The translations under genes and the position numbers were made by a program. The notes beneath the pieces were generated by a model. The model saw only the letters and a program-made list of their open reading frames with translations. It ran no database searches and had not been told where the DNA came from. A stretch of 64,000 bases of DNA from a virus (taxonomy: Duplodnaviria; Caudoviricetes), in the IMG/VR virus record IMGVR_UViG_2906610324_000001, positions 1 to 64,000 of that record. One strand, 5' to 3'. Shown here one piece after another: positions 46,286 to 56,327 of the stretch (its first letter is position 1; the number at the start of each line of letters is the position of its first letter).

Positions 46286-46948
46286 ATGTTCAGCGGGAAA
46301 TACGGTCTTTTCGCAACCACCATAACAATCGCTGCGACGCTATTTGCGGTTTTCAGCGTTCTTTTGATGAAAGCGGTCGGCAAGGTTTCGCAATGGACGT
46401 TCCTTGCAGATGATTCCCCACCCTTCATGGTCACCGCTGGCGCCCGCGCTCTTGCGATCGCCCTGATTGCTCTAAGCTTTATTTTTATCGACAAGAGCAA
46501 TTACGGTTGGTTCGGGGGCGCGGCAGTGATCTTCGCTTTTCTCATGATCATCTTCATCGCGCGATTCGACCGTATCCGCAGAGCTCACATCTGCAAGGTG
46601 CCTCTGCTTGAAGACGGTCACCAGAAAAGAGGTTGGTTAGGTTCGCTCAAATGGCAGGTGGTAGTGATCGGAAGCGAGATCGATATGAAGCCGCAGGCAG
46701 CCACGCACTACCAAAAATTTGGTGCGGGATCGCTCTGCAAATTCCTCAGCGGCTACGGCCGGAACGAGGTTAACAATCCCGAGGCGATCTGGACCAAACA
46801 AACGCTTGCCAGGATCAGCAGCCACATGACGATCCTGCTGATCGGCATTCTCCTTTGCGGCGTCATGGCGCTTTATCTTGCGGCTTCGGCGGTCGAGGTT
46901 CACCAACGCGTTGCCCCAACTGGCGCCACACCAACGCAAACGCAATAA
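46286..46948 (+). CDS. Four-TM membrane protein (moron gene 2)
   Basis: Three N-terminal and one C-terminal hydrophobic helices. Confidence 0.75.
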   Translation: MFSGKYGLFATTITIAATLFAVFSVLLMKAVGKVSQWTFLADDSPPFMVTAGARALAIALIALSFIFIDKSNYGWFGGAAVIFAFLMIIFIARFDRIRRAHICKVPLLEDGHQKRGWLGSLKWQVVVIGSEIDMKPQAATHYQKFGAGSLCKFLSGYGRNEVNNPEAIWTKQTLARISSHMTILLIGILLCGVMALYLAASAVEVHQRVAPTGATPTQTQ

Positions 46949-47205
46949 ATCGACTTGGCGGCGACGCGCCGCCTCAATGGGTGTTGGAGTCCTGTGAGCT
47001 GTGTTTGCGGCCGCTTCTGGCCCCAAACCGACATGCCGTGGTCACCCGGCGGTGTCCGGGGGTAGGGCCGACATGGCGGATTTGTGAGTACGCGCCTAAC
47101 GGAAGGCGTCGCTGTTCGACGGTGGACGGCGCACCAAGTTCCCGCTTGCAATCGTAGACAAATCACCTCCACGAAATCTATTCGTGATTCTGCGTGGAGG
47201 ATGGA

Positions 47206-48105
47206 ATGTCTCAAGCACAGATCACGGATGTCGCGACAGTACACGTCGACAAAGAGCGAGATCGCCGCGCCCGTGCCTTCCAGCGCGATATACGGCGGGC
47301 CAAGCCGATGCGCTCGTACGCCGGTCTCTCGTACGACGCACAGATTGTGCTTGAGGAAGAGCGCGCAAGGGCGCGCCGTATTGGCGAAGCCGGCATCGAA
47401 TGGGCCACAGGCTGCGATACTCCGACAACCCGCCTGGTCACGGAGTATTTCCGGACAAACAAGCTGTTCCAGCAGGGATATCAGCATGCGGCGGCGCGGG
47501 CCGCCGATCTATTGAACATTCTTGGCAAGCCGCTGACGAAGAAGGAGCAGAAGGCGAAGGACGAGGCGGACCGTCTTGCCAGCGGCAAGCGCAAGCACGT
47601 CATCCCGGATCCCCAAAACCCGTCGCTCAACGTGATGGTCGACACCGTCCGCGCATCGCACCTCAATTTGACCGAGTCGAAGAAGCGCGGCGCCGCGGAT
47701 CCTGAAGACAAGCTGCGCCAGAGCGCCGCGGATCGTTTCCGACGCGACTTCGACCTCGCTACCTTCCACGGAGCGCGCGGCTTCGCGCTGCAGGACAAGG
47801 TCGATGGAGGAGGCGGCGGGTCGCCCTCGCACACCATCGCACTCGAGGCCAGCGGGCGTCTCAGGGAGGTCGAACGTCGTCTCGGCGGGCGGCAGTTCGA
47901 TATCCTGCTCGTCAGGATTGGGCTCGAGTGCAGCAGCGAGGACGTCCGGCTGCATGGCGGCGAGGAGCACCGCACCAACAATTCCGACTTCCGGATCGCG
48001 CTGAACGCGCTCGTAAAGCACTACGAGGGCGTCGAGATCATCGACCGGACATGGGACGCGGTGCGGCGGCTGAAGACTGCCGCCGGCATGGGCTTGCGGA
48101 AGTAA
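47206..48105 (+). CDS. DUF6456 (GafA C-terminal-like) putative late transcription regulator
   Basis: AADRFRRDF...KVDGG...FRIALNALVKHY; Q-like position. Confidence 0.55.
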   Translation: MSQAQITDVATVHVDKERDRRARAFQRDIRRAKPMRSYAGLSYDAQIVLEEERARARRIGEAGIEWATGCDTPTTRLVTEYFRTNKLFQQGYQHAAARAADLLNILGKPLTKKEQKAKDEADRLASGKRKHVIPDPQNPSLNVMVDTVRASHLNLTESKKRGAADPEDKLRQSAADRFRRDFDLATFHGARGFALQDKVDGGGGGSPSHTIALEASGRLREVERRLGGRQFDILLVRIGLECSSEDVRLHGGEEHRTNNSDFRIALNALVKHYEGVEIIDRTWDAVRRLKTAAGMGLRK

Positions 48106-48117
48106 GGGGCTGAATCG

Positions 48118-48312
48118 ATGTCGCTCGGACGGTTCGCCCCCAACAAGCGGGAAACACCGCTGGAGACCAAGCAACGGGTTTGGCGCGAATACGGTCTCCT
48201 TCTGGTTGACGTCGACAAGGACCAGATGACCTGGGATCAGCGCGAAATGCTTCGCTCGATGGGCCGGAAGATGTTCGGCCCGAGGCGCAACGAGAAAAGG
48301 AGCGGTCGATGA
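48118..48312 (+). CDS. Hypothetical protein
   Basis: ORF within the operon. Confidence 0.55.
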   Translation: MSLGRFAPNKRETPLETKQRVWREYGLLLVDVDKDQMTWDQREMLRSMGRKMFGPRRNEKRSGR

Positions 48313-48533
48313 GCCGAGAGAGCAGGCGGGAGCGGGCCTTGAGTTTGTTCGAGGAATGGAAGAGAGATCCGGACGCGTTCAACGAGCGCTATCGAATTCC
48401 TATGACGCTTCAGTGCGGACAGGACCCGAAGGTTGGAGCACTCACCTCGATCGCCAACCATGTGCTCGGCAGCGGTTATGTCGTCCAAGAAGTCATCTGC
48501 GCTGATCCGATCCTGTTCCTGGAGCCGGTATGA
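48309..48533 (+). CDS. Hypothetical protein
   Basis: Coupled ORF. Confidence 0.45.
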   Translation: MSRESRRERALSLFEEWKRDPDAFNERYRIPMTLQCGQDPKVGALTSIANHVLGSGYVVQEVICADPILFLEPV

Positions 48534-48883
48534 CCCGCATGACCCGCGCCCGTATCCCGACGCTCGGCCCACGCGTGCCGACGCTCGACACCCGCAAAGT
48601 GAAACCGCCGCCGAAGCTGGCCGACCCGCATTACCAGACCGCCGAACACAAGAACTGGGCCGAGCAGGTAAAGCGGCGCGCCGGCTGGCGCTGCGAATAT
48701 GTCGAGGATGGCGTGCGCTGCGAGCGCAGCCGGGAGTTGGGCGACCAGATGTACGCGGATCACATCGAGGAGGTCCGAGATGCCCCTTCCAAGGCGCTGG
48801 ACTTGTCGAATGGGCATTGCCTTTGCGCCAGTCATCACACTCGAAAAAGCCACCAAGCTAGGGCAGCTAGGATGTCGCGGTGA
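48530..48883 (+). CDS. HNH endonuclease (packaging-associated type)
   Basis: RCE...C..., ADHIEE, LSNG.CLC.SHHTRKS. Confidence 0.88.
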   Translation: MTRMTRARIPTLGPRVPTLDTRKVKPPPKLADPHYQTAEHKNWAEQVKRRAGWRCEYVEDGVRCERSRELGDQMYADHIEEVRDAPSKALDLSNGHCLCASHHTRKSHQARAARMSR

Positions 48884-49340
48884 GAGCGGACCCATGTGAC
48901 CTGCACGAGATGATTGCGGCCGGCCACATGATTGCCCGCGGCATGTGTGCAATTCACTATCGCAGATGGAGAAAGAAAGGCAGCCAAGAGCCGCGTCGGT
49001 TCCAAATGACACTGGTGATTGTGTGGTGTCGGATTTGGGCGCCCGCGGTCGCCGAGATCGCTCTACTGCGAAATGCGCTACTGCAGGCTTTATTACTCAA
49101 GCTCGCTGGACGGAACGCAGATCAACGCCGCGCGCGGTGTCCACGAACCGCAATCGCCTGGAGTGTCGTTATCATCGCTCAACTCGGCACGGCAGACTGA
49201 TTTACGTCGTCTGCCGTGAAGGTGATAGCCTGAACGCGAGAGAGCAGCAGGGCTTCTGCGAGGGATTAAACATCGCCAGTGTCCTGTCCCCGGACAAAGA
49301 GCTGGAGACATTAAGTAAGAAAGAGTATGGCGATGAGTAA
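48880..49340 (+). pseudogene. Degenerate remnant resembling the N-terminus of phage HNH endonucleases
   Basis: ARGMCAIHYRRWRKKG motif, after which the frame loses coherence. Confidence 0.3.
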
Positions 49341-49473
49341 GTATCAAAATGTGCTGGCGGCCTGGCTTTGACTGCGGCGGTTGTTTGCCGATGGGCGCAG
49401 TATCTGTTCGGGCTCGGCGGTAGCTTTTAGAAAGCAGCCAGCCCTCTCGAAAACAACGGAAGCCGGCTATCTT

Positions 49474-50396
49474 TTAGTGAATTGTGTTGAGGAATGCTAC
49501 TAGACCGTTAGGTACTTCGGATTTCGACGCAAGAGCGCCTATCGTGATCCCGCCGGAATTAACTCCCTTGGGACTGCCGATTTTGGTGAAGTGTTAGATT
49601 TCTCGGCCGCTCGATCGGCAGCGAGAAGATCAAGCCATTTCATGAAGAACAGCAGGTTGAACTTGCCGCGATAGCGCTTTTGTGGATTCAACTTTGGGAA
49701 CTCGGCTTTCAACGTATCGAACTGCTCCAAGCTGACCTGCTCATTGAATATGACGACTTGCTCAGGCCCAACAGCAATAGGACTGACGCTGTCCAGGGCG
49801 ACCAGCGCGACGTTGTTTATCCGCGTAGGCAGATGTTTTTGGAGCGTGAAGCCGTTTTTTCTGGCGATGAATAGGCGAAAGTTTATTGCTTCTGTAGCAG
49901 TTAGAAATTCAGTTAAGCGTTGGTCGAAGACGGCGAGGCAAGCATTGCGGATCTCGGGTTCCGCATGACAGTGGAATTCGTCTTTGAGAAGTTCTTCCAG
50001 AACTTCTCGCGTAACGAGATAGTTTTCGACAGAGTACTGATCTGTCGCGAAGGTTGTGGCAGGGTCAGGATCGAACCCTCGAAAGTCGTCAAAATCTCGG
50101 TCGATGAAGAAATAGACGCGAGCTGCGAGGCCGCCTAAATCGCGCCTCAGCATCTCTCGAAACTCAAGGACTTGCCGCTTTCCACCGCATGGGAACGGCT
50201 CATAGACAAGGTCAGAGCGAAGCCGCTTCACCCACTGAAAATAGGCTCCCTTGTCTAAATCGCCTTCAAACGCAAAGACGAGACAGCCAGGGCTTGAGCT
50301 TCGCACTGATGCGAGTTTCGTCTTCAAGACTGCTGGGCGATCTCGTGCGGCTCTTAGTTTATTGACATAGGCGTCCTGCGAAACGGGAAGTGTCAT
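49474..50396 (-). CDS. DUF4435 TOPRIM-like protein (AriB-like) with an apparent frameshift near 49595
   Basis: FEGDLD, IDRDFD, YSVENY; the annotated frame stops at 49539, the shifted frame continues to 49474. Confidence 0.78.
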
Positions 50397-51874
50397 GTGT
50401 TGTCAGGCTCGAAATCTTCAGCGACTTGCGATGCCCGCTCAGCATCGACGGCGGATGTAAGCGGCCGAGCAAACGGCTCAAGTGAGTTGTCGAATACAAA
50501 TGGTGAGTGAGTAATTGCCACGACTTGGCGGCACAAAGGAGCCTCAACAATGTCGACAAGTATTTGGCGCTGCCAGTCGAGGGAGAGCGATAACTCCGGC
50601 TCGTCGATCAGTATGATTTTCTCTTTGGGGTATAGATAAAGCTTAGCGAACAGCGAGATCATCTGCTTTTCGCCTGACGAAAGGGAGTTCAGTGGGATTT
50701 TTCTGTGCGCTTCGAGACTGTCGACCGAGATCGTAAGGTCTCGCCTGCTGAGCGTTAGAACCTTGCCGTCTATCTCTCCGCTGGCTGGAGACCCAAGAAG
50801 GTCTCTTCCGTGCATTGTTGTGCTGATGTCGACTGAAGACATGTATTTATTGCAGTTGTCGATGAAATCGCGGACCAACGCTTCAATTTCTCGCGTCGAT
50901 TGGACGACGCTGTTTAGCTTGCCTAAGAAGTACCGAAGGAACTTATTGCTTTCTTGAGATATGCCTCCCGTGCCTGTGTAGATCTGGGCGATGTTAGGAA
51001 TAGACAACTCGAAATGTGGACCATAGTGGCGCCTAGTCCGGTCGTCTTTGAGCCGGGAGAAGAATAGCTCCAGCTCTGCACGATCTGGAATCTCGTCCTG
51101 CATTGGGTCAGCGCGATCGAACTGCCCGCTGATAAGCTCGTTGATGATACTTGCACTGAGTTCCCGGTAACCCAGGCTTGAGTCCGTGACGATGCGTTGA
51201 TTGAGGTCGGATAGCCGGTCAACAACATCCGATAGGCCGAATTGGATATCGCCTGAATATAAGCCTGACCTCTGAGCAGGCAGAACCTGTTTGCGCATGC
51301 GGCCGTAACGGTCGGGGCGAGCAGGTATTGCCAGCTCGATGCGCCTGTAGGTCGGAAGATACACAACCTCGACGTTTTCCATTGCACTGCGCAGGAGCTT
51401 CAATGTGGAAAGTATGGTCGGTACTTCGCTGTGCAGAACTTTCGTTAGCCTATCGCAGAGAGCGCGGACGTTTGCATAGCTATGGCCATGCTTTTGCATG
51501 AGGGTGGAAGTAACTTCATCGTCAAGATATACGCGATCTGTATCCGAATCGTGTTCCTCAAGATGCAAGTACAGCATCGACGTCTCGATTTCGAGCCGAC
51601 GAGATTCTGCCTCGACTACTGCGTTCGACGTATACTTGGAGACTTCTTCACTTGTTAAAACAAGCTCGTCAGACAAGCTTCGTAGCTTGCAGCGGATGCT
51701 GGAGAACTGGAGTTCTTTAAGCCTTGAGAACTGCCCTTTTAGAAACGCATCCAGCGCTGCCAGGAGGGTGGTTTTACCGGAGCCGTTCTTAGCTATTAGA
51801 AGCGTCGCCGCGTAGTCTGACTCTAAAGAAATAGAGCGGTACCCGTGGAGACCCTCAATCTTGAAATATTGCAC
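50393..51874 (-). CDS. ABC/AAA_21 ATPase (AriA-like); PARIS/AbiL-type defence pair
   Basis: NGSGKTT, LSSGEKQ, LIDEPELSL, THSP; overlaps the DUF4435 gene; lower GC. Confidence 0.85.
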   Translation of the reverse strand: MQYFKIEGLHGYRSISLESDYAATLLIAKNGSGKTTLLAALDAFLKGQFSRLKELQFSSIRCKLRSLSDELVLTSEEVSKYTSNAVVEAESRRLEIETSMLYLHLEEHDSDTDRVYLDDEVTSTLMQKHGHSYANVRALCDRLTKVLHSEVPTILSTLKLLRSAMENVEVVYLPTYRRIELAIPARPDRYGRMRKQVLPAQRSGLYSGDIQFGLSDVVDRLSDLNQRIVTDSSLGYRELSASIINELISGQFDRADPMQDEIPDRAELELFFSRLKDDRTRRHYGPHFELSIPNIAQIYTGTGGISQESNKFLRYFLGKLNSVVQSTREIEALVRDFIDNCNKYMSSVDISTTMHGRDLLGSPASGEIDGKVLTLSRRDLTISVDSLEAHRKIPLNSLSSGEKQMISLFAKLYLYPKEKIILIDEPELSLSLDWQRQILVDIVEAPLCRQVVAITHSPFVFDNSLEPFARPLTSAVDAERASQVAEDFEPDNT

Positions 51875-52143
51875 GATTGAGGGGGCTGAGGCGCTGGCGG
51901 ATACGGTGCCTACCGTTGGATCTCGATTGGGGGGCTACAACGTAGAGTTAATATTCGGGCACCTTACAAGGAATCGGCCGCTGATCAAGGACACCTAAGT
52001 CGAGTTTCCAAAGGTAAGGAAATGTGCCCACAATGACCAAGAAAAGCGGAGATACGGCGGCGAAGAGGCCTGATGGCCGTCCCGTTGGTACGCTTTAGCG
52101 TAGTCCTAGGAAACCGGCGCACAAGCTGGGAGCTTTACGCGCA

Positions 52144-52482
52144 TCAGTCCTCGAGGTCAGCATCAGCCGGCATCTGCCGAAGCTTCTGGTAGGGGAATTC
52201 GCCGAGCTCGGGGTGCAGCCGATCTTGCTGGATCATTGCCGCGGCCGCCATGCGGGCGGTGCCGAGGCCACCGGGCAGTGTCAGCAACGTCAGCGCGATC
52301 GGCACCCACGTCGGGATATCCTGCACCTGGCCGTCGTCCTTCTTCTTCCCCCATCGGTTCACCGTGACGAGGTTTTGGCAGAACACGCGGGCGAATGATT
52401 TCCGGTTGAGACCTTGGCGCTCGAGCTCGGCATCGAAGTCGGCCGCCGAGATCTTGCGGTGGACAAATCGGGGTGGTGACAT
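52144..52482 (-). CDS. XRE-like HTH protein; last gene of the leftward module
   Basis: DF...L...GLNRKSFARVF...LVTVNRW...IPTWV. Confidence 0.65.
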   Translation of the reverse strand: MSPPRFVHRKISAADFDAELERQGLNRKSFARVFCQNLVTVNRWGKKKDDGQVQDIPTWVPIALTLLTLPGGLGTARMAAAAMIQQDRLHPELGEFPYQKLRQMPADADLED

Positions 52483-52574
52483 CTCAGGATCCTTTCCGGT
52501 TGGGCACATTCGCCCGGAATCGGCTGTAGCCGAGGGGGTAGCACAAAATCGATCGTAGCCGGGAGTCCCGGCGA

Positions 52575-52946
52575 TCAGGTGTAGTCGAGCGGATGGACCT
52601 GGCGCTTGCCGACGGTCATCACCGGCGGGATGACGGCTCCGCGCTTGATCGCAGCCAGCCACTGCGCCTCCGTTCCCGTGAAGCCGGGCGCGGCCTCCAC
52701 ATGGTGGTCGGCCAGCCACTTGGCCAAGGCCTCGGGCGAGGCGCACGGCGGCGAAACCGGTGTGCCGGCGCTGGTGGTCTCGTATAGCTGCCAATGCGTT
52801 CGCTCCGCGGCTGGCCAGGCCGGCATGCTGCGCGCGGGATCGGGCGAGGGCGCATCCGGGCCGGACTCGAGCAGCGGGACATATCGGCCGCCGGAGTTGC
52901 GGGGGTGCTGCCAGTCAGCGGGCACTTGCCTGACGGTTCTTGACAT
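52575..52946 (-). CDS. Hypothetical phage protein
   Basis: WQHP...WQLYETTSAGTPVSP; AAAGG SD. Confidence 0.7.
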   Translation of the reverse strand: MSRTVRQVPADWQHPRNSGGRYVPLLESGPDAPSPDPARSMPAWPAAERTHWQLYETTSAGTPVSPPCASPEALAKWLADHHVEAAPGFTGTEAQWLAAIKRGAVIPPVMTVGKRQVHPLDYT

Positions 52947-52982
52947 AGCAATCGCCTTTCAAAATAGATCGTATCCGGGGGA

Positions 52983-53255
52983 TCAGAACAGCGAGCCTTG
53001 CGCGGGCGCCGGCGGCTCAGGTTTAAGACGTCCGAGGTGCTCGACCGTCTCGCCTATGATCTGGTCGCGATCATCATCGATCAGCAGCCAACCATCATCG
53101 CCGCCCGCTGGATCGTAAACCACGAAGTCACCGCCCCAACGCTTGAAGATGCGTTCGGCCACCAGGCGCACGGCCGCGGGAACGTCCGTTGCGGCGTCGA
53201 ACCCGGCCCGCGTCACGATCTTGAAGCCGGCCGCCGTCAGTATCTGTTCGGTCAT
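52983..53255 (-). CDS. Hypothetical protein
   Basis: Coupled ORF. Confidence 0.65.
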   Translation of the reverse strand: MTEQILTAAGFKIVTRAGFDAATDVPAAVRLVAERIFKRWGGDFVVYDPAGGDDGWLLIDDDRDQIIGETVEHLGRLKPEPPAPAQGSLF

Positions 53256-53446
53256 GTTCGCTGGCCCTTCGCTCGTTCAAGGGCCGCTTGCACCTCCCAA
53301 GCCTGATAGATCGCCCCTCGGGCTTCCGTAAGCTTCTCCCGAACCTCTGGCCGCAATCGCTGGTCATTCGAGTCCATGACGCGCGTGAGGCCGTCCAGGA
53401 GCCGGTTATAGGTGTCCCAGTGGAAAGGGTGCTTGCGTGCTGTCAC
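53252..53446 (-). CDS. Hypothetical protein
   Basis: GTGA coupling. Confidence 0.6.
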   Translation of the reverse strand: MTARKHPFHWDTYNRLLDGLTRVMDSNDQRLRPEVREKLTEARGAIYQAWEVQAALERAKGQRT

Positions 53447-53754
53447 CGCCGCGCCCTCGCGGCTGCATGAACCTTGCGGGCGAGCTCGTCGCGGATCGCG
53501 CGGCCAACGTCGGAGTCCTCCATAGCGGTCAGCCAAAGGCGTTCATCGTCCTGGACGACGGCCGCCGCGGCTTCCTCCAGCCTTTTGCCGGCCATGAAGT
53601 GCGGCGCCACGCGGGCAATGAAGGTCTTTTCGTCGTCCGTCAGCTGTCGGCCCGGAGCCGGCGGCGCAGCGAAGGCACCTCCGAGCGCTTCGAGGACGCC
53701 GGCGCGCGCGCCTTCAACGGGACCGGAATAGATTTCAGTCTTCTTGGCCGTCAT
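53443..53754 (-). CDS. Hypothetical protein
   Basis: GGAGG SD. Confidence 0.65.
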   Translation of the reverse strand: MTAKKTEIYSGPVEGARAGVLEALGGAFAAPPAPGRQLTDDEKTFIARVAPHFMAGKRLEEAAAAVVQDDERLWLTAMEDSDVGRAIRDELARKVHAAARARR

Positions 53755-53837
53755 GGGTGAACCTCCGTTCAAATCGGTCGTAGCCGAGGGGGTGATGGGA
53801 AATCGATCGTAGCCGGGGAGGTGGGCGCAGCCGGGGG

Positions 53838-56198
53838 CTATCCCGGCGGCGGCCCATCGATCACGACGAGCGCTGTGTTGACCATGGTACCGGCGGCCTT
53901 GAATGACCCCGCGGGCAGAGGGCGGAATTCCACCGCCATCGGTTCGAGCTTCGCCCGCTGGCGCGGACCGTCGGCGCAGATCGCGACGAGCCGGCCACCA
54001 GGCTTCAAGAACTTCCGGCCATGCGTGATGTGCTTGATGTCGGCGCCGTTCTCAAATGGCGGGTTCATCAAGACAATGTCGAAACGCTCGGCCGGCGGGT
54101 CGAAGTCCAGGAAGTCGCCGCAGTGGACGAACGTGCCGGGGAACGCTGCGCGCAGGTGCTCCGAAAGTTTTGCGTTGATCTCGACCGCCACCACCTGCAG
54201 ACCATCGGCGCAGTTGCGCGCAGCTTCGATCAGTGCGCCCGTTCCGGCGCTCGGCTCCAAGATGCGCTGCCCGGGCCGGATGTCGGCCGCCTCTGCCACG
54301 TCCGCGGCGAGTTCGCCCGATGTCGGGAAGAGCTGAGGCGCAACGACGACTTGCACGCCGCCGCCTTTCAGCATCGCCCGCATGGCCTCGAAACTATCCG
54401 CCGCCGTCGGCGCGGGCAAATCGGCCGTATCCGGGACCGGGGCGAGAACGCGCGGCCGAAGGTCCGCCGGCACGGCCTCGGCCTCGAACGGCACGCCAGC
54501 CAGTCCGCAGAACTGCCGCCAGGCGGTCGCCTCGTCGTCGCACCAATCTGTAACGTGCTGGCCGATGCCAACACGGAATTTGCCGAGTCCGGTGATGATC
54601 TCGGCCCCCGCGCGCTGCGCCTCCGCCTTGGCATCGCCGAGGCGCCGCGGCTCTTCCGCGGGCGCAACCGGGACCAGCGCCGCCACGGCCTCGGGCTCGT
54701 CCTGGGCCTCCCTCTCGCCCGGTGCGCCGATGATCTCGGCGACCGTTGCCAGCATGGCGTCAAGATCAACCGCGGGCGGCGCGACATACTCGGCGACGAA
54801 TTCGGCCGGCTCGGTTGGCTCCGGTGCTGGCGCGATCTTGGGCGGATCGACCCGCTTTGCATCCGTGATGTAAACTTGGACCTTCTTCCAGTATTCACCG
54901 GGCTTCGGCATCTGGCGGACGCGGTGCGCGCTGTGGGTCTCGGTCTCCTTCACTTTGCCGATATAGTGGAAATCCGAGAACTGCGGGCGCGCCTTCCATT
55001 CGGCCTCCGTCATCTCGCGGAATCCTTCGCCGGGATAGTTGCAGATCGGCGGGAGCTTGGCGGCGGACTTCGCCGCGGCGACGTTCTCCGCGCTCGGCGG
55101 CCGATAATCGCTGATGCTCTCCACGCTCCATTGCGCGCGCTTGGAGCGCGAGCCAGTCGGCGCGGTCGTCGTCATGCTGGAAACCGAACCGTTGGCGCCC
55201 TTGTTGACCTTCAGCACGGTAAGCCACTCGTCGCAGCGGCTCGTCTGCACCTGACCGCCGACCGCGAAGGCGAAGCGGTCCGCAAGCGGGTTGGCGGTCG
55301 CCTCCGCTCCGATCTGCTCGGCCAGCATCGCCCGTTCATAGGCCAGCCGGTTGTCATAGTGCGCAATCCAGCGGGCGCGCCGAGGCCCGGAGCGCTCCAG
55401 GCTCGGAATCGCAATCGCGGCGGCCTGCGCGGCGGTGATGACGTTCCCATCAATCGCCGACCAAAGGCCCATTGGCCCCTCATATTGCGAGGCTGGCGGG
55501 TCGCGCGGATAATCGGCCAGCGGAAACGACATCGACCAATAACCGCCGACATTCGCCACGGCCAAGCCGGCCGCGCGCTGCTTCTCGGGGTCATTGATGC
55601 CGGCGACGATTTGCCAGGCCTTCAGCTGCCTTTCGGTCTCCGCTTGCTGGCGCTCCACCTTCCGCTTGTCGGACTCAATGCCCTTGATGCGGCGATGACG
55701 CACCGCCGGCAGTTCCTTGTATTTCGCATGAGCGATTGCGCCGGCCGCGCGCGCAGTCCAATAATTCGAGGTGTCCCAGAGCCTGACCGCCTTGCGCATG
55801 TTGCTGTGTATGCGCTCTTGATCCTTGCGGGCACGCTTCTCGCTGTGGTGCCCAACCAAAATAGGCTGCCCCCCATAGAAGCGCTCGGCGATCTCATCGG
55901 ACACTTTCCGCGCGCTCTCGGCTTCCGCCAAGCGCTTTTCGCTATACCCCTCGAAGCGGTCGGCGCGCTGCTCGGCGCGGTCGGTCAGCGTGGTGTCTTC
56001 GTCGCCGATCTCGCCACACATCTCAATCAGCAAGTCTTCGGCGCCGGGGCTCCAGGTTGGTTTGACGAACAGTTCTTGACGCGGCGCCCACTTGAAGCCG
56101 GCGGCCTTCACGCGCGCGTAATCCTCGGCGTCGAGCCGGTGCGCCGGATAAAGCCGCAGCTTGTTGTCATCGGGCGAATAGGTGGCGGAATGCTGCAT
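53838..56198 (-). CDS. DUF3560 protein fused to a C-terminal N6-adenine methyltransferase
   Basis: ATYSPDDNKLRL, GQPILVGHHSEKRARKD; ILEPSAGTG, VEIN, MNPPF. Confidence 0.88.
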   Translation of the reverse strand: MQHSATYSPDDNKLRLYPAHRLDAEDYARVKAAGFKWAPRQELFVKPTWSPGAEDLLIEMCGEIGDEDTTLTDRAEQRADRFEGYSEKRLAEAESARKVSDEIAERFYGGQPILVGHHSEKRARKDQERIHSNMRKAVRLWDTSNYWTARAAGAIAHAKYKELPAVRHRRIKGIESDKRKVERQQAETERQLKAWQIVAGINDPEKQRAAGLAVANVGGYWSMSFPLADYPRDPPASQYEGPMGLWSAIDGNVITAAQAAAIAIPSLERSGPRRARWIAHYDNRLAYERAMLAEQIGAEATANPLADRFAFAVGGQVQTSRCDEWLTVLKVNKGANGSVSSMTTTAPTGSRSKRAQWSVESISDYRPPSAENVAAAKSAAKLPPICNYPGEGFREMTEAEWKARPQFSDFHYIGKVKETETHSAHRVRQMPKPGEYWKKVQVYITDAKRVDPPKIAPAPEPTEPAEFVAEYVAPPAVDLDAMLATVAEIIGAPGEREAQDEPEAVAALVPVAPAEEPRRLGDAKAEAQRAGAEIITGLGKFRVGIGQHVTDWCDDEATAWRQFCGLAGVPFEAEAVPADLRPRVLAPVPDTADLPAPTAADSFEAMRAMLKGGGVQVVVAPQLFPTSGELAADVAEAADIRPGQRILEPSAGTGALIEAARNCADGLQVVAVEINAKLSEHLRAAFPGTFVHCGDFLDFDPPAERFDIVLMNPPFENGADIKHITHGRKFLKPGGRLVAICADGPRQRAKLEPMAVEFRPLPAGSFKAAGTMVNTALVVIDGPPPG

Positions 56199-56266
56199 GT
56201 GTTTTCATCCTTTCAACTTGCGCACAATCGCGCGGGGCTGCTTCTCTAATTTGTGTCGGCCGAATC

Positions 56267-56272
56267 TGTCAA
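56267..56272 (-). promoter_or_regulatory. Perfect -35 (TTGACA) upstream of the DUF3560-MTase gene
   Basis: TTGACA-N18-TAGAGA on the minus strand, just downstream of a repeat pair. Confidence 0.45.
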
Positions 56273-56327
56273 TCGTGTTTGCAAAATCGGCCGTAGCTCG
56301 GGGATGGAAAATCGATCGTAGCCGGGA

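Noticed and set aside
54021-56249. 742-aa plus-strand ORF and many similar long antisense ORFs (e.g. 8115-9497, 43964-45595)
   Set aside because: Shadow frames of real genes in GC-rich DNA, with no recognisable motifs.
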